Below are positions 51,085 to 63,994 of a stretch of 64,000 nt of DNA, one piece after another. Position 1 is the first letter of the stretch; each line of letters starts with the position of its first letter. Made by a program: the position numbers and the translations under genes. The notes under the pieces are model-generated. The model saw only the letters and a program-made list of their open reading frames with translations. It was not told the origin of the DNA and did no database searches. Source of the stretch: Octopus bimaculoides (taxonomy: Eukaryota); the NCBI RefSeq assembly GCF_001194135.2, contig NC_068987.1, positions 25,305,609-25,369,608 on the forward strand, given 5' to 3'.

Positions 51085-52060
51085 AATAGTGGTGATGACT
51101 AAAATATGATTACTAAGAAGCTGGTGATTTAAATGACAGATTTTGAATAATGGTTGTTAGATGGCTGATCGTTACAAAGACGATGGTTAAGGACGACTAA
51201 TACGACGATTAATGATGCATTTGGTGAGAGTTTATGACTAATATGTCCGCGACGTGATAGCAATGATAGTAAGTTGTCAGATGATGATGACTAATATGAC
51301 GATTAATGAATAACATAACAGACGACGATGGTTAATGATGGCTAAGACTATGGATGACACTTGTACAGAAAGCAACTGATGATGGCTTACGTGGTGATTG
51401 TTGGTTAGATCGATATTTATTGACGATTAAGAACAGGATGAATAAGGTGATGATTGATGATGACTCAGTTTATGATTCTTGTTAAGACATCGAATTTTGA
51501 TGATTAAGATGACATGGGATGATTGCTAAGATTACAGATGAAGATAATGAAGATTATTATTGATTATGACAAACATGGGTAATGAGTAAAATGACGATTA
51601 ATAACGACTAAGATGATGATTGATGTTAGGCAATGAAGTCGAAGATGAAAAATTGTGGATTGTTAAAATGACTGACGTTGACGGATGATGGGGACTAAGA
51701 TGACGATTGACGAAAGCTAACATATCTTGGCACCTAATCATATAAATGACTACTGTGATGATTAATGATAACTAAGATGTTTATTGATGACTAAAATAAA
51801 ATATGATGACGACAAAGATCATGACTGACGATTGTTGAAGAGATAATTAGCATGCATGTAACAATGACTGATGATTTAATTGACTGATGACTAATGCTCA
51901 GGTGATAGTTAATCTCGGTTAAGAAGACAATGATGGCTTAAAATGTTAGATGATTACACATAAGGCGGTAGAGAACTGCTATGATGATGATTGATAATGA
52001 CCAAGTTGACAAAAGATGACAGATTGATAATGATTGCTGAGATGAGATTGATGGCGACGT
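51085..52060. repeat. cryptic simple-sequence region built from GATGACTAA/GACGATTAA variants
   Basis: The motif recurs many times with an irregular period. The ORF track shows no ORF across it. Confidence 0.75.
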
Positions 52061-53277
52061 CATTGACTTTGACAAAATGGTGAAGCATTTGATCAAATAC
52101 GAGAATTTCGATACATGTTAACTATATTCTTTTACTGGTTTCCGTCATTGAACCGTGGCCATGCTGTGGCATAGCCTTTTCAGAATAGGCGACAATGTCG
52201 ATCCCAGTACTTATTCTATAGACCTTGGAAGGAGAAAAGGCAAAGGGGAAGCGGGCGGATTTGAGCTCAGGATAAAATGTGACGTAACCAAATATTAGTT
52301 TTTGCCATCAGTGCTGCCATCTAGACATCATGTGATAACCTTTTGATGGTAATTATGACATCCACGAGGACAGCTGACTAACGATGATGATGATAATGAC
52401 GACGACCACAATGAAAATGCAATCAGTTAATTGGAGAAAATTAATATTCTCTCCAAATATCATTGCTTGATGTATATCTTTATAGTTGCACTTGTATGTA
52501 TGAATGTATGTATGTATGTATGTATGTGTTGTTATTTGTATGTCTATCTATATGCAGGTTCTATTTATGCATGTATTTGTGCTTGTCTGTGTGTATGGGC
52601 GCCCGTGCGTGTGTGCTTGCGTTTGTGTGTAGGAGTGCTATATGCGTATGTCATCTTTTATACATAATGCTTGTGTGATGAAATGTACTTGCATGCCAGT
52701 TTGTGTCTGTAAACACACACACACACACACTCGCACACACACGTGTTACAAGGTATAGGCAAATTTGTGTGTGCGCATGCAGAATATGTACTTCTCTGCA
52801 TCTGAGTGTGCACCGGCCTTTGTGTATACTCTTCTTTGAAGCAAATATTATAGTTGCAATAATAATAATAATAATAATAATAATATCCTTTTTTCTTTCT
52901 TTCTCGTTTCCTTTTTTTTTCTATCATTCATCTTGACTTTGTAAATGCACGTATACACTAAGTTTCTTTGCCCTAGGTATCGGGAAGACACTCGACCAGA
53001 AATGAAAGCAAATTTCAAATAATAATAATAATAATAACCAAATAACAAGATACCAACATCGAAATGTTCAATGTATTTTTAATGATATCTTAATTAATGA
53101 TCAAGCTAATAAAGAATTTAAGGATCGGAAAAGGAAAGCAATATCAGAATCTACGGTGATTAAGATAATCCCCTCCAACAGGATCATCAGTAGCCACCAC
53201 AACAGTACAACAAAACCAATCTGTATATTATTTTGTAATATTGACATCACTGTAAAGCATCTGCACTTATACTTACG

Positions 53278-53309
<32 letters not shown>

Positions 53310-53429
53310 TGTATGTATGTATGTATGTATGTATGTATGTATGTATGTATGTATGTGTAAATTTGTGTTTAATGTATGTATTCTCATGCATATAGTTCCA
53401 TATCTAAACATGCTCACATATATATTCAA

Positions 53430-53731
53430 ATGATAATCTTCAGGAAAGTTTACAGATTTTAACAGTTCCAGTGATGGATTGGATATGTAGTTTTCGAATT
53501 GGCTTTCTCCTTTCTGGTTTTGAAAAGCCTATTTTCTCAAGATTGGTTTTTAGGCAGTGTGTTATATATCCCAGGGCCCCAATAGTTACATGCATAAATA
53601 AACCTGAACTTGTAATCTGGATAGAGTAACTGCAGATTTCTCAATAGTTCAGCAAAGATGTTCTCTTTTTCAATGATCATCAGCTTTATGTTAACATCCG
53701 CTGGGCAGCTAATTTTTACAACTGTGCACAT
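53430..53731 (-). mobile_element. second REL-type non-LTR retrotransposon 3' fragment
   Basis: CTVVKISCPADVNIKLMIIEKENIFAELLRNLQLLYPDYKFRFI, then after a frameshift GALGYITHCLKTNLEKIGFS...SITGTVKICK. It is homologous to 1420-1890 and truncated by gap 53751-54303. Confidence 0.85.
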
Positions 53732-54523
53732 GTATGTATAGGTATATATANNNNNNNNNNNNNNNNNNNNNNNNNNNNNNNNNNNNNNNNNNNNNNNNNN
53801 NNNNNNNNNNNNNNNNNNNNNNNNNNNNNNNNNNNNNNNNNNNNNNNNNNNNNNNNNNNNNNNNNNNNNNNNNNNNNNNNNNNNNNNNNNNNNNNNNNNN
53901 NNNNNNNNNNNNNNNNNNNNNNNNNNNNNNNNNNNNNNNNNNNNNNNNNNNNNNNNNNNNNNNNNNNNNNNNNNNNNNNNNNNNNNNNNNNNNNNNNNNN
54001 NNNNNNNNNNNNNNNNNNNNNNNNNNNNNNNNNNNNNNNNNNNNNNNNNNNNNNNNNNNNNNNNNNNNNNNNNNNNNNNNNNNNNNNNNNNNNNNNNNNN
54101 NNNNNNNNNNNNNNNNNNNNNNNNNNNNNNNNNNNNNNNNNNNNNNNNNNNNNNNNNNNNNNNNNNNNNNNNNNNNNNNNNNNNNNNNNNNNNNNNNNNN
54201 NNNNNNNNNNNNNNNNNNNNNNNNNNNNNNNNNNNNNNNNNNNNNNNNNNNNNNNNNNNNNNNNNNNNNNNNNNNNNNNNNNNNNNNNNNNNNNNNNNNN
54301 NNNATATTGTGGACTCTTTTGTCGCGGGCGACAGACGATCTGTTTATTGTGATCAAATACTTGTGATCTCCATCAAATCATCTTTATCTGCACAAGTGCA
54401 CAGTGTGGCAACGTGAACTGTGTCGTTTTTGCTCAAGAACAAATTGCGTCGCTTGGTCCAGTAATCGAAACCACGATCTCGCAGTCGTAAGTGAAACACT
54501 GTAACCACTCGGCTACGTGCAGG

Positions 54524-54586
<63 letters not shown>

Positions 54587-55625
54587 ACACACGGGTGTGT
54601 GTGTGCGTGCGTACGTGCCTGCGTGTGTGTGTGTGTGTGTATATATATGGTTTGAAACTAAATTAAATTACCAAAACTGATGTTTCTCAATAATGGTTTC
54701 AAATTTTGGTACAAGGCCATCAAGGGTTAGGCGAATACAGATAATTAAGCTCACTTGTTGAAAATATAGTATTCAATTACAATGTTAATACTTTAGAAGA
54801 GGGCTACATATCCTAACTTTCTGTTTCCCTCGTCCTCAATCCACTTTCTTACAAATACGTGACGCCTATATAAAGCCTTGAAAATTAATGCTTCGAGTCC
54901 TCAGGAGATTTTCTTCTTTTCTATCGTTAATACGCTTCCAGGTTTGTTAATTCTTCCACATGTTCATCTATTAACATTATCTGATACCTCACCTCTTTTC
55001 ACCTTCGATTTTAAACGTAGGTCAAAAGAAATCTGACGTCCTATGTGAACTTTGAAACATTACATTGCAACAAAAAAAAAATCTTCTAGAAGTACATCAC
55101 GTGACCACGTGACTTTTAGTTTCACTTTCATTTTATTTTATATTTTTGTTTATTGCCTATTGGGATGATTACTGTGATTATTAATTTTGTTGAGATTATT
55201 ATTATTACTATTGTTATTAGTAGTAGTAGTGCAGCTACTACTTGGTGTTCTACATTTTCCTCGAAACATATTTTCCTATATCAAATGCAAATCAATCAAA
55301 TGCGGTTCACTTGGAGTTGACTTTTTAATCTGATCTGCTGCATTTGAGAAGATGAAGAAGAAAAAGAAGAGGGACTAGATGGAAAGGAAAAAGAAGAAAA
55401 GCTAATCAAATCCTTCTGCATTTGTAATTATTTGTTACTCCTCTACCACTTGCTGTTATTATATTTGTTGCTGTTGCTTCTGCTACTACTATTACTACTA
55501 CTGCTGCTGTTTTGAGGATGTTTCCATCTGCAATTTCTTAAAGCCGTCATTCAACCATAATGGTTTACAAAATACATAAGCTTTACAAATATTGATATAT
55601 GATTTTATTTATTTATTCATTTATT

Positions 55626-55721
<96 letters not shown>

Positions 55722-55723
<2 letters not shown>

Positions 55724-56512
55724 GGCAGTGAGCTGGCAGAACCGTTAGCACGCCGAGCGAAATGTTTAGCGGTATTTCGCCCGCCTTTACGTTCGGAGTT
55801 CAAATTCCGCTGAGGTTGACTTTGCCTTTCATCCTTTTGAGGTCGATAAAATAAGTACCATTTAAACACTGGGGTCGATGTAATCGATAGAATTCATCCC
55901 TGAAATTGCTGGCTTTGTGCTAAATTTGAAACTAGTATTATTATTAAGGTGGCAAGTTGGTAAAGTTGTTAACACACCTGCTAAAATGCACAGCAGCATT
56001 TCATCCATCTTCACGTCCTGAGTTCAAATTCTGCTGAGGTCGACTTTGCCTTTCATCCTTTCGGGATCGATAAAATGAGTACCAGTTGAAAACTGGGGTT
56101 GATGTAATCGACTAGGATCCTCTCCTAAAATTTCAGGTCTTGTATTTATAGTAGAAACAATTATGAATTTTAACTGGTTTTGATATTTTTTCTCTCCTAT
56201 TTCATTTCTCTGTCTTCCCTTTCTTTTCTTATTCTCAGTTTTTCACCCGTCTTTACTCAGAGTATTACGTACTACTACTATTTCTACTAGTTAAGGAGGT
56301 GAGCTGGCAGAATCCTTAGCAAGCCTGGCAAAATGTTTAACTGCACTTCGTCCGTCTTCAAGTTCTGAGTTCAAATTCCGCCGAGGTTGACTTTGTCTTG
56401 TATCCTTTCGGGGTCGATAAAATAAGCACAGTTTGATTGAACACTAGGGTCGATGTAATCAACTTATCCACTCCTTCGAAATTAGTGGTCTTGTGCCAAA
56501 ATTTGAAACCAC
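55722..56512 (+). mobile_element. three same-orientation family A SINEs (55722-55935, 55946-56160, 56292-56512) downstream of a long (TTA)n
   Basis: Three heads (AAGGCAGTGAGCTGGC, AAGGTGGCAAGTTGG, AAGGAGGTGAGCTGGC), each with core and tail. Confidence 0.85.
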
Positions 56513-57419
56513 TACCTGCGTCTGACGTAACCAACACAATTATCACCACTGTCACTACTATAATCACTACAACTATACCCACCCCCCCACGAAAAACATC
56601 ACTATCACCACTACCATCGACAACAACAACAACGACTCTTCCATCACTACCATCACAGCATCACTGCTCAACTTTACAATCACCAATCACACAAATAAGA
56701 GCCAACGACGGAACCTCTATATTGAACTCGACCTGCTAGAAATAGCGGGGGTATTGCTTTACAAATCATACTCTACTGTCTTAATACGGGACACATTGGT
56801 CAAGGATAGAACTCTTTGAAGTCTGAAGATAAGAGGGGTTCGTCGTGGCTGGAACACTTTTGATCTTGCGTTTTTTTCAATCAGAACCGATCTGGGGCAA
56901 ATTAAGAACAATAAACAACTGCACCATCAGGATTATTGTCCATCGCCACCTCGACCACCAAACCACCACCACCACCACCACCACTACTACTACTCCTACT
57001 ACTACTCCCCCTCCTCCTCCTCCTCCTCCTCCTCCTCCTACTACTACTACTACTTCCATCANNNNNNNNNNNNNNNNNNNNNNNNNNNNNNNNNNNNNNN
57101 NNNNNNNNNNNNNNNNNNNNNNNNNNNNNNNNNNNNNNNNNNNNNNNNNNNNNNNNNNNNNNNNNNNNNNNNNNNNNNNNNNNNNNNNNNNNNNNNNNNN
57201 NACCACCACCACCACCACCACCACCACCACCGCAATCACAACTGTAACGACCACGGGTTGATACCTTCTTTATCAACGCCACCACTACGACCAGTGCTAC
57301 CACTTTTATCACTACCACTACTACCACACCATTACTATTGATACTACCATTACCACCATCTCCTCCACTACTACCTCTACCTACCACTACAATTGACAGA
57401 ACTATCACGATCGTAAATT

Positions 57420-58245
57420 ACTTCCGCCATTACTATCTACACGATTACTGCCACAACCACTACGAATGTCATGGCCACTTACACTAACTGCTACCATTTT
57501 CATGGCCACTTACACTAACTGCTACCATTTTCATGGCCGCAATCACTGCCCCTCCCATCACTGCCCCTCCCATCACTGTTCCCCCTCCCCCTTCATCACT
57601 CCCTACCTTCACTAGGCTTCACTACTACAGTTGTCGTTACAACCAGCACCGCCGCCACCATTTACTATATTTCATCTCCACCCCCATCGCCTCAGTTTCA
57701 CCTCATGACCGCCACCCTCACAACCATTATCTTTGGCGCTGCCACCACCACCATCACCACCACCACCACCACCACCACCAATTACTACATTACCTCCGCC
57801 ATCGTCATCTTATCCTTATCACCACAGCCATCACCGTTGTCGCTAGCACCAGCACCAGCACCACCATTTACAATACTTCGTTCACCCACACCTCCTGATC
57901 TCTACCACCACAACCATTATCTTTGTCGCCGTCGCTACCACTGCTTCCACCACCTTATCCGACCACCACCACTACCATCTTATCCCACCACCACTACCAC
58001 CTTATCCCACCACCACTATTTAGTGCCAATAGCTCCACCACCGCCATCTTACTCTCACTAACACAGCCATCATCGTTGTCGTTGCCACCACCACCAGCGC
58101 CACCATTTATTACCACTATTTCGACCACCGCCACTTTATCCCCGACCTCAGTCATTATCTTTGTCGCAACCACCATCACAAGTATCACCACCGTCACCAG
58201 TATCGCCACCACTACCACCACCATCACCACCAGTAACATACATGT
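57420..58245. repeat. ACC-rich low-complexity region with a 31-bp tandem (57469-57538) and degenerate ~200-240-bp internal repeats
   Basis: TCATGGCCACTTACACTAACTGCTACCATTT occurs at 57469 and 57500. CATTATCTTTG recurs at about 57727, 57917 and 58154. Confidence 0.75.
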
Positions 58246-58419
58246 AAGCCAAGATTTAACTTATACATTGGAACCAATGTACGCTGTCCATTTTGGCAAA
58301 CTTTCAAATGTCGGTGATTAATAAAGAATGGTAGCTTTACAGTTCCTGTAAGTAGATAATACTCTGTGGAGTTGATTATAATTTCAGCAAATAAACGTTG
58401 GTTGGCTTCTATTGTGTTG

Positions 58420-58451
<32 letters not shown>

Positions 58452-58625
58452 NNNNNNNNNNNNNNNNNNNNNNNNNNNNNNNNNNNNNNNNNNNNNNNNN
58501 NNNNNNNNNNNNNNNNNNNNNNNNNNNNGCACAAGGTTATCGGTTAACAAAATCATAGAGCAGAATCTGATTGATTAGAAGTTGTGTGTGTGTTTATTTA
58601 ATTTTCTATTCATTTTATGTCTTAC

Positions 58626-58729
58626 TTCTTGTAAAATAGCGTCGTAGTTAGCTGCAGGTTTCAAATGGACTAATCGTTGATTCATTGCATCTTTGACTGA
58701 AAGAATGGCCCGGGAGTATTTGTGACTCC
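58626..58729 (-). CDS. candidate 104-nt exon (phase 1 to 0), xSHKYSRAILSVKDAMNQRLVHLKPAANYDAILQE
   Basis: Acceptor GATATTTGTTCTGCAG and donor GAA|GTAAGA, with a single open frame. I recognise no homology. Confidence 0.33.
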
Positions 58730-59141
58730 CTGCAGAACAAATATCACAAAGGACTTGGTTCGAAAACACTGGATTTTATTGGTTTTCTTATCGCTGGTGG
58801 TGGCCTTCACCGATTGACATCGGCAAAAGACATATACACAAAATCCCCCCCCCCCAAAAAAAAAACACAGATTGAGGGCACCAATTATCTCTGTTTCTCA
58901 TTCTCAGACGAAGGGCATAAACCCGAAATGTCAGCTACTACACTTGCTCGTGGTAATTAGACTATTTAAAATTACTTTTGAACTTTCCTATCATGATCGA
59001 TTGTTCAGCTGTTTTTAGATAATACTGGTATATCGGCACAAACATATACGGAACCAAATTGGGATATTGTAACAAAAATGCCTTTCGAAATAATTTTTTC
59101 AAGTAAAAATGTTGCGACGTAATTGAAGTTAAGGAGCTTAC

Positions 59142-59204
59142 AAAGGAATCGACGACCGAGCGAGAAGTTTCGATTTACTTTGAGCTTTTTTCTTCTTGAC
59201 GGCA
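59142..59204 (-). CDS. candidate 63-nt phase-1 exon, xPSRRKKLKVNRNFSLGRRFLx, frame-compatible with 58626-58729
   Basis: Donor TTT|GTAAGC. The acceptor is weak and A-rich (AAACATAG), with CTAAC upstream. Confidence 0.22.
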
Positions 59205-60235
59205 CTATGTTTATTTGAGTTAGACATGTGGGAATGTATGTTATTCACAATGTCTATTTGAGTTAGAGACAAGGAATTGTATGTTGTTCATTTAATTCAT
59301 GATATTCCGAAGGGCATTAACAATGTATGTAAAGTCAAACAGTTTTCAAAAGAATCCATAAGCATAACTCAGACTTGATTTATTGCGATACAGATTTTGC
59401 GTAACTACCATATTACAATGGGCGGGGTTTCTTAATTCGTGGTTTCCTTATATCATACTAAATCGTTAACCAAATCGATAAAACACCGACCTCTTGATTC
59501 ATGGATCAGAAATGCTTATCTTGGGTTGAATAACCTACATCAGCTCTATTCGATCATACATTAGAAACATAGCCACATCTAGAGAAGTGATCGATTACGA
59601 AATAATCTTATTCCGGTGTTCTAGATGAAACTATCTCGACTATTCAGAGTAAGCTGTTTTGCGATTTTTCCTTTCTGATTTCTTATTACTGTGCTGTGAT
59701 TTATGTTTACTTGTTTTGCAAAATTCCCTAAAAATATACAGCTCTGCTATGAACCAATTCATGAAAGTTAGTAGTAAATTGATAAATGCTAGATGCAGTC
59801 GTCTGTATTCGAAGTCATGGGCAAGAATGTGTATCGAAGTTAGCAATGTTCAGAATTACCAAAAAACAAATCTCGTATCACTTAATATAACTAGATTTGC
59901 AACGTAAATGTATTTATTGGTTCTTCACATTTGATTTCAAGTTCCACTAAGTCTACATTTTGTTTTAAGGATACAATAAGTGCTTGCAACATACAAGATT
60001 GATTTGATTAGTTAAAGCCGCCAGAGTTTCAGTAGTCGACTAGTCATTAAAAAACGCGCTTTTTCCATATATATTCGCTTATGGAATACTGTTTTTTATC
60101 GTTGTTTTCTTTTGGAAACGAGAAACCTTAAATAGCACGCTGTGAAATTCATTGACAATAAAGTTTACAATACTTCATATCACGTACTTAGTTCTCACAT
60201 CACGTATAAAAACAAGGTGTTGACACTACCTTGTT

Positions 60236-60272
<37 letters not shown>

Positions 60273-60799
60273 ACACACATACACACACTGACACTTTCTT
60301 GAGTGTATAAACGAAAGAAAAGGTATACAATATAGCTAGTAGAGGATATTTTGACATGAAAAGTGATGGTTCATTCTGTTCTGCCCTCCTAGTTACCTCC
60401 TTGGGTTTGTTCATTAAGGTGATGAAGAGATATCTAATTAAGAATTCTAGATCTGTAAAAGTGCTTCAATACATCATTTTTCAAAGATATATAGCACATA
60501 GAGACACTTGTAAAATTGTAAGCTATTTAATTATTAATTAATAAATTTAAATTCTAAGTATGTACATGAGTCTTTTTTAAACTTGTAGTCTTCGTGAAAT
60601 TCTTTCGAGAACAGTAAATAAAATTTATAGAAGCTCAGACACATGTGCGCGCACGCACACGCATATCTTACGAACGCATACAAACACACACAAAAACATT
60701 TATAAATATACGTATATACACACTTTAAAATATACATATAAACACGCACATACACACATAAAGTGCATACAAATCTACGTTTCTCAGATATTGATTTAA

Positions 60800-60988
60800 A
60801 ATTTTGACACAAAGCCAGCAATTTCGGAGGAATGGGTAAGGAGAGTTCAATTGGTACTTATTTTTATCGATCCCGGAGGATAAAAGGCAGAGTCGACCTG
60901 TGCGGCATTTGAACTCCGAACGTACACACGGACAAAAATGCCACTAAGCATTTTGTCCGGCACGGTAACTATTCCGCCAGCTCGTCGA
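60800..60988 (-). mobile_element. family A SINE, tail type C, degenerate
   Basis: AATTTTGACACAAAGCCAGCAATTTC ... AAAGGCAGAGTCGACC ... CCGCCAGCTCGTC. Confidence 0.7.
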
Positions 60989-61300
60989 CATAGGTTTCTC
61001 AAATCTTAATACGTAGATACCCGACGGTCTCAGTTGAAACAAGAAAGTAGATTGACGAAGATTAATAATAAATGATTTCAGAATCTCAACAACTGATTAA
61101 AACCTGTTCTAATTACGCTGATTAATTAATAAGCTTTCATAATGAGACAAACAGCAAATAATCCCATGTAAAGGAAATGAAATGGGGTAGGGATTCGGAA
61201 GCATCAATTAAAAGTTAAAACTTCTGCAATTCATTTTGAATAAACTTGATCTTCTCTTTTACTTCCTCTGTCTGTGTGTCTGTGTGTCTGTGTGTCTGTG

Positions 61301-61331
<31 letters not shown>

Positions 61332-62439
61332 ATCTCTCTATCTGTCTATATTTATATCTAAATCTCTGTCTCTTTGTCTCCGCCTCTCTCTGCACCTCTC
61401 TCTCCCCATACACACATACACGCGCGCACGCGCACGTATTCGTTTTAATTGATATTCCTTATGGAAGAAGGAAAACTGTTGCAGACTTCTGGAAGTATAA
61501 TTATTGATCTATCTTTGCTTTTGAGAAATCAGACCAAAATTTGTAACTGGAGATTCACGAGTTACACACGTGCACACATGCAAACACTTACGTATACGCA
61601 TACACAAAGGTACATGCACAATACACACGTTCATACACACGTACAGTATATATATATATATATATGTGTGTATTTATATATGTATGTATATATATATATT
61701 TATATCTTTGCATCTGTATATAGATGTGTGCATGTGTGTATGTGCGTATATAGATATATTTACATATATATGTCTATATATATATGTATGTGTGTATATA
61801 AACATATGTGTATATATATATATATATATATNNNNNNNNNNNNNNNNNNNNNNNNNNNNNNNNNNNNNNNNNNNNNNNNNNNNNNNNNNNNNNNNNNNNN
61901 NNNNNNNNNNNNNNNNNNNNNNNNNNNNNNNNNNNNNNNNNNNNNNNNNNNNNNNNNNNNNNNNNNNNNNNNNNNNNNNNNNNNNNNNNNNNNNNNNNNN
62001 NNNNNNNNNNNNNNNNNNNNNNNNNNNNNNNNNNNNNNNNNNNNNNNNNNNNNNNNNNNNNNNNNNNNNNNNNNNNNNNNNNNNNNNNNNNNNNNNNNNN
62101 NNNNNNNNNNNNNNNNNNNNNNNNNNNNNNNNNNNNNNNNNNNNNNNNNNNNNNNNNNNNNNNNNNNNNNNNNNNNNNNNNNNNNNNNNNNNNNNNNNNN
62201 NNNNNNNNNNNNNNNNNNNNNNNNNNNNNNNNNNNNNNNNNNNNNNNNNNNNNNNNNNNNNNNNNNNNNNNNNNNNNNNNNNNNNNNNNNNNNNNNNNNN
62301 NNNNNNNNNNNNNNNNNNNNNNNNNNNNNNNNNNNNNNNNNNNNNNNNNNNNNNNNNNNNNNNNNNNNNNNNNNNNNNNNNNNNNNNNNNNNNNNNNNNN
62401 NNNNNNNNNNNNNNNNNNNNNNNNNNNNNNNNNNNNNNN

Positions 62440-62471
<32 letters not shown>

Positions 62472-62589
62472 GGACACATAGAAACACGCACACACATTGA
62501 TTTGTGTGTTTGCTTGTGTGTGCTGATTCGAAGGTACGACATACTAGTTTTATTTATTTGTTTCTTACTTTGTACGAGCTCGTTGCAGT

Positions 62590-63448
62590 TTACTTAAAAC
62601 TTGAAATTCCTAAATCTCACATCAATGTTTCTAGAACTTCTTAGTCCCATCTTCAGGATGAGGATGTGAATAGCGTGTTGCTGGTGATTGATCAGCAAAA
62701 TTTTACTTTTGACCATTAGATTTATACGTCATCCACAAGTGTTAAATTTTTATTTGTGATTATCTGTATCTTGCTTTTTCTTTTCAGTTCTGTACTTCAT
62801 GTTTGGCCTCTTCATTGATATATATTTGTCACGTATTTGAAAAAATTTGGTGTTCTTTCTATTCATGTTTTCCTGTATAAATTTCTTTTTGTATTAGTGT
62901 AGTATTTTGTACTATAAGGTGTAGCGCTTTACAATGACTTCTGGTTATATGTGCATAGTTTGCCAGCGAGATGGTGTCGAATTTATATGACTAGTATAAC
63001 AGTTGGAGTCATGAAGTTTACAACGTTGATGTTTTGCAATCGAATTAATCACTTTGATACTGGTAACCTGTTCGTGTGTGGAGATGTCTAGTCTTTTTTA
63101 ACGAAAAATGCTTTTTATAAATTTAAGTGATTTTATAATATTTTATTAGTGTTATTTTATGCTTTGGTATAATGAAATTTGTGTTCTGTTTTATGAGGTT
63201 TTTGATGTGTTCATTTATCCTGTAGTTAATATGTAGTTGTCTTATTAAACACACTTTATGTTTGGCTTGTGAAATTTAATACGTTTGATGTCTGATGTTT
63301 ATTTTTGCATTGTATTAGTGTTTGAAGTTTTCTATGGCGTGGTCTGTTAGTTTGGCAGAATAGCTGTTGTTACTCAGTTCTGTGAGAAATTTTGATCGTG
63401 CGCTTCGGTTGTGGAACAGAATCTAAGTGGTCTTTTAAAGAGAGATTT
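62590..63448 (-). mobile_element. decayed Penelope-like element: end of RT region, GIY-YIG region and 3' terminal repeat
   Basis: Minus-strand remnants are KRPLRFCSTTEAHDQ and KFLTELSNNSYSAKLTDHAIENFK (like PLE R.LRICS...NGY..KLI..AI), then KHQRCKLHDSNC and KEIYTGKHE (zinc-finger/YIG-like). The terminus has CCTGAAGATGG...GAAAC. There are many stops and frameshifts. Confidence 0.7.
62617..62669 (-). ncRNA. minimal hammerhead-ribozyme-like motif at the Penelope 3' end
   Basis: Minus strand CATC-CTGAAGA-TGGGACT-AAGA-AGTTCTA-GAAA-C-ATT-GATG. The core is intact, stem II is 7 bp and stem I is CATC/GATG. Stem III ACGT has mutated to ACAT. Confidence 0.55.
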
Positions 63449-63581
63449 TATCGCTGATGTTTTGTATCTGTATGGACATTAGTTATCTCCTTGCAATAAT
63501 ATGTATTACACACGTTCACACAAATATCTGCATACTGAAGCAAGCGTACACATATTCGCACACAATTACGTACGCATATAA

Positions 63582-63589
<8 letters not shown>

Positions 63590-63658
<69 letters not shown>

Positions 63659-63924
63659 CATATCTCTCTCTATATATATATACATACATATGCATACATA
63701 TATATATTTAGATATATATATATATGCAAATATTTATATATATACATATATGCATATATATATATATATACATTTACATATATATACGTATATATATATA
63801 TACACGCATACATATACGTATATATATATATATATGTTTATATATATAGACACACACATATATATACCTATATATAGATATACATATATATATACTTATA
63901 TATATATAGATATACACACACACA

Positions 63925-63955
<31 letters not shown>

Positions 63956-63963
63956 GTATATAC

Positions 63964-63994
<31 letters not shown>

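Noticed and set aside
59019-59102. + strand exon candidate (DNTGISAQTYTEPNWDIVTKMPFEIIFS)
   Set aside because: The acceptor is plausible but the donor (GTAAAA) is weak, and there is no supporting homology.
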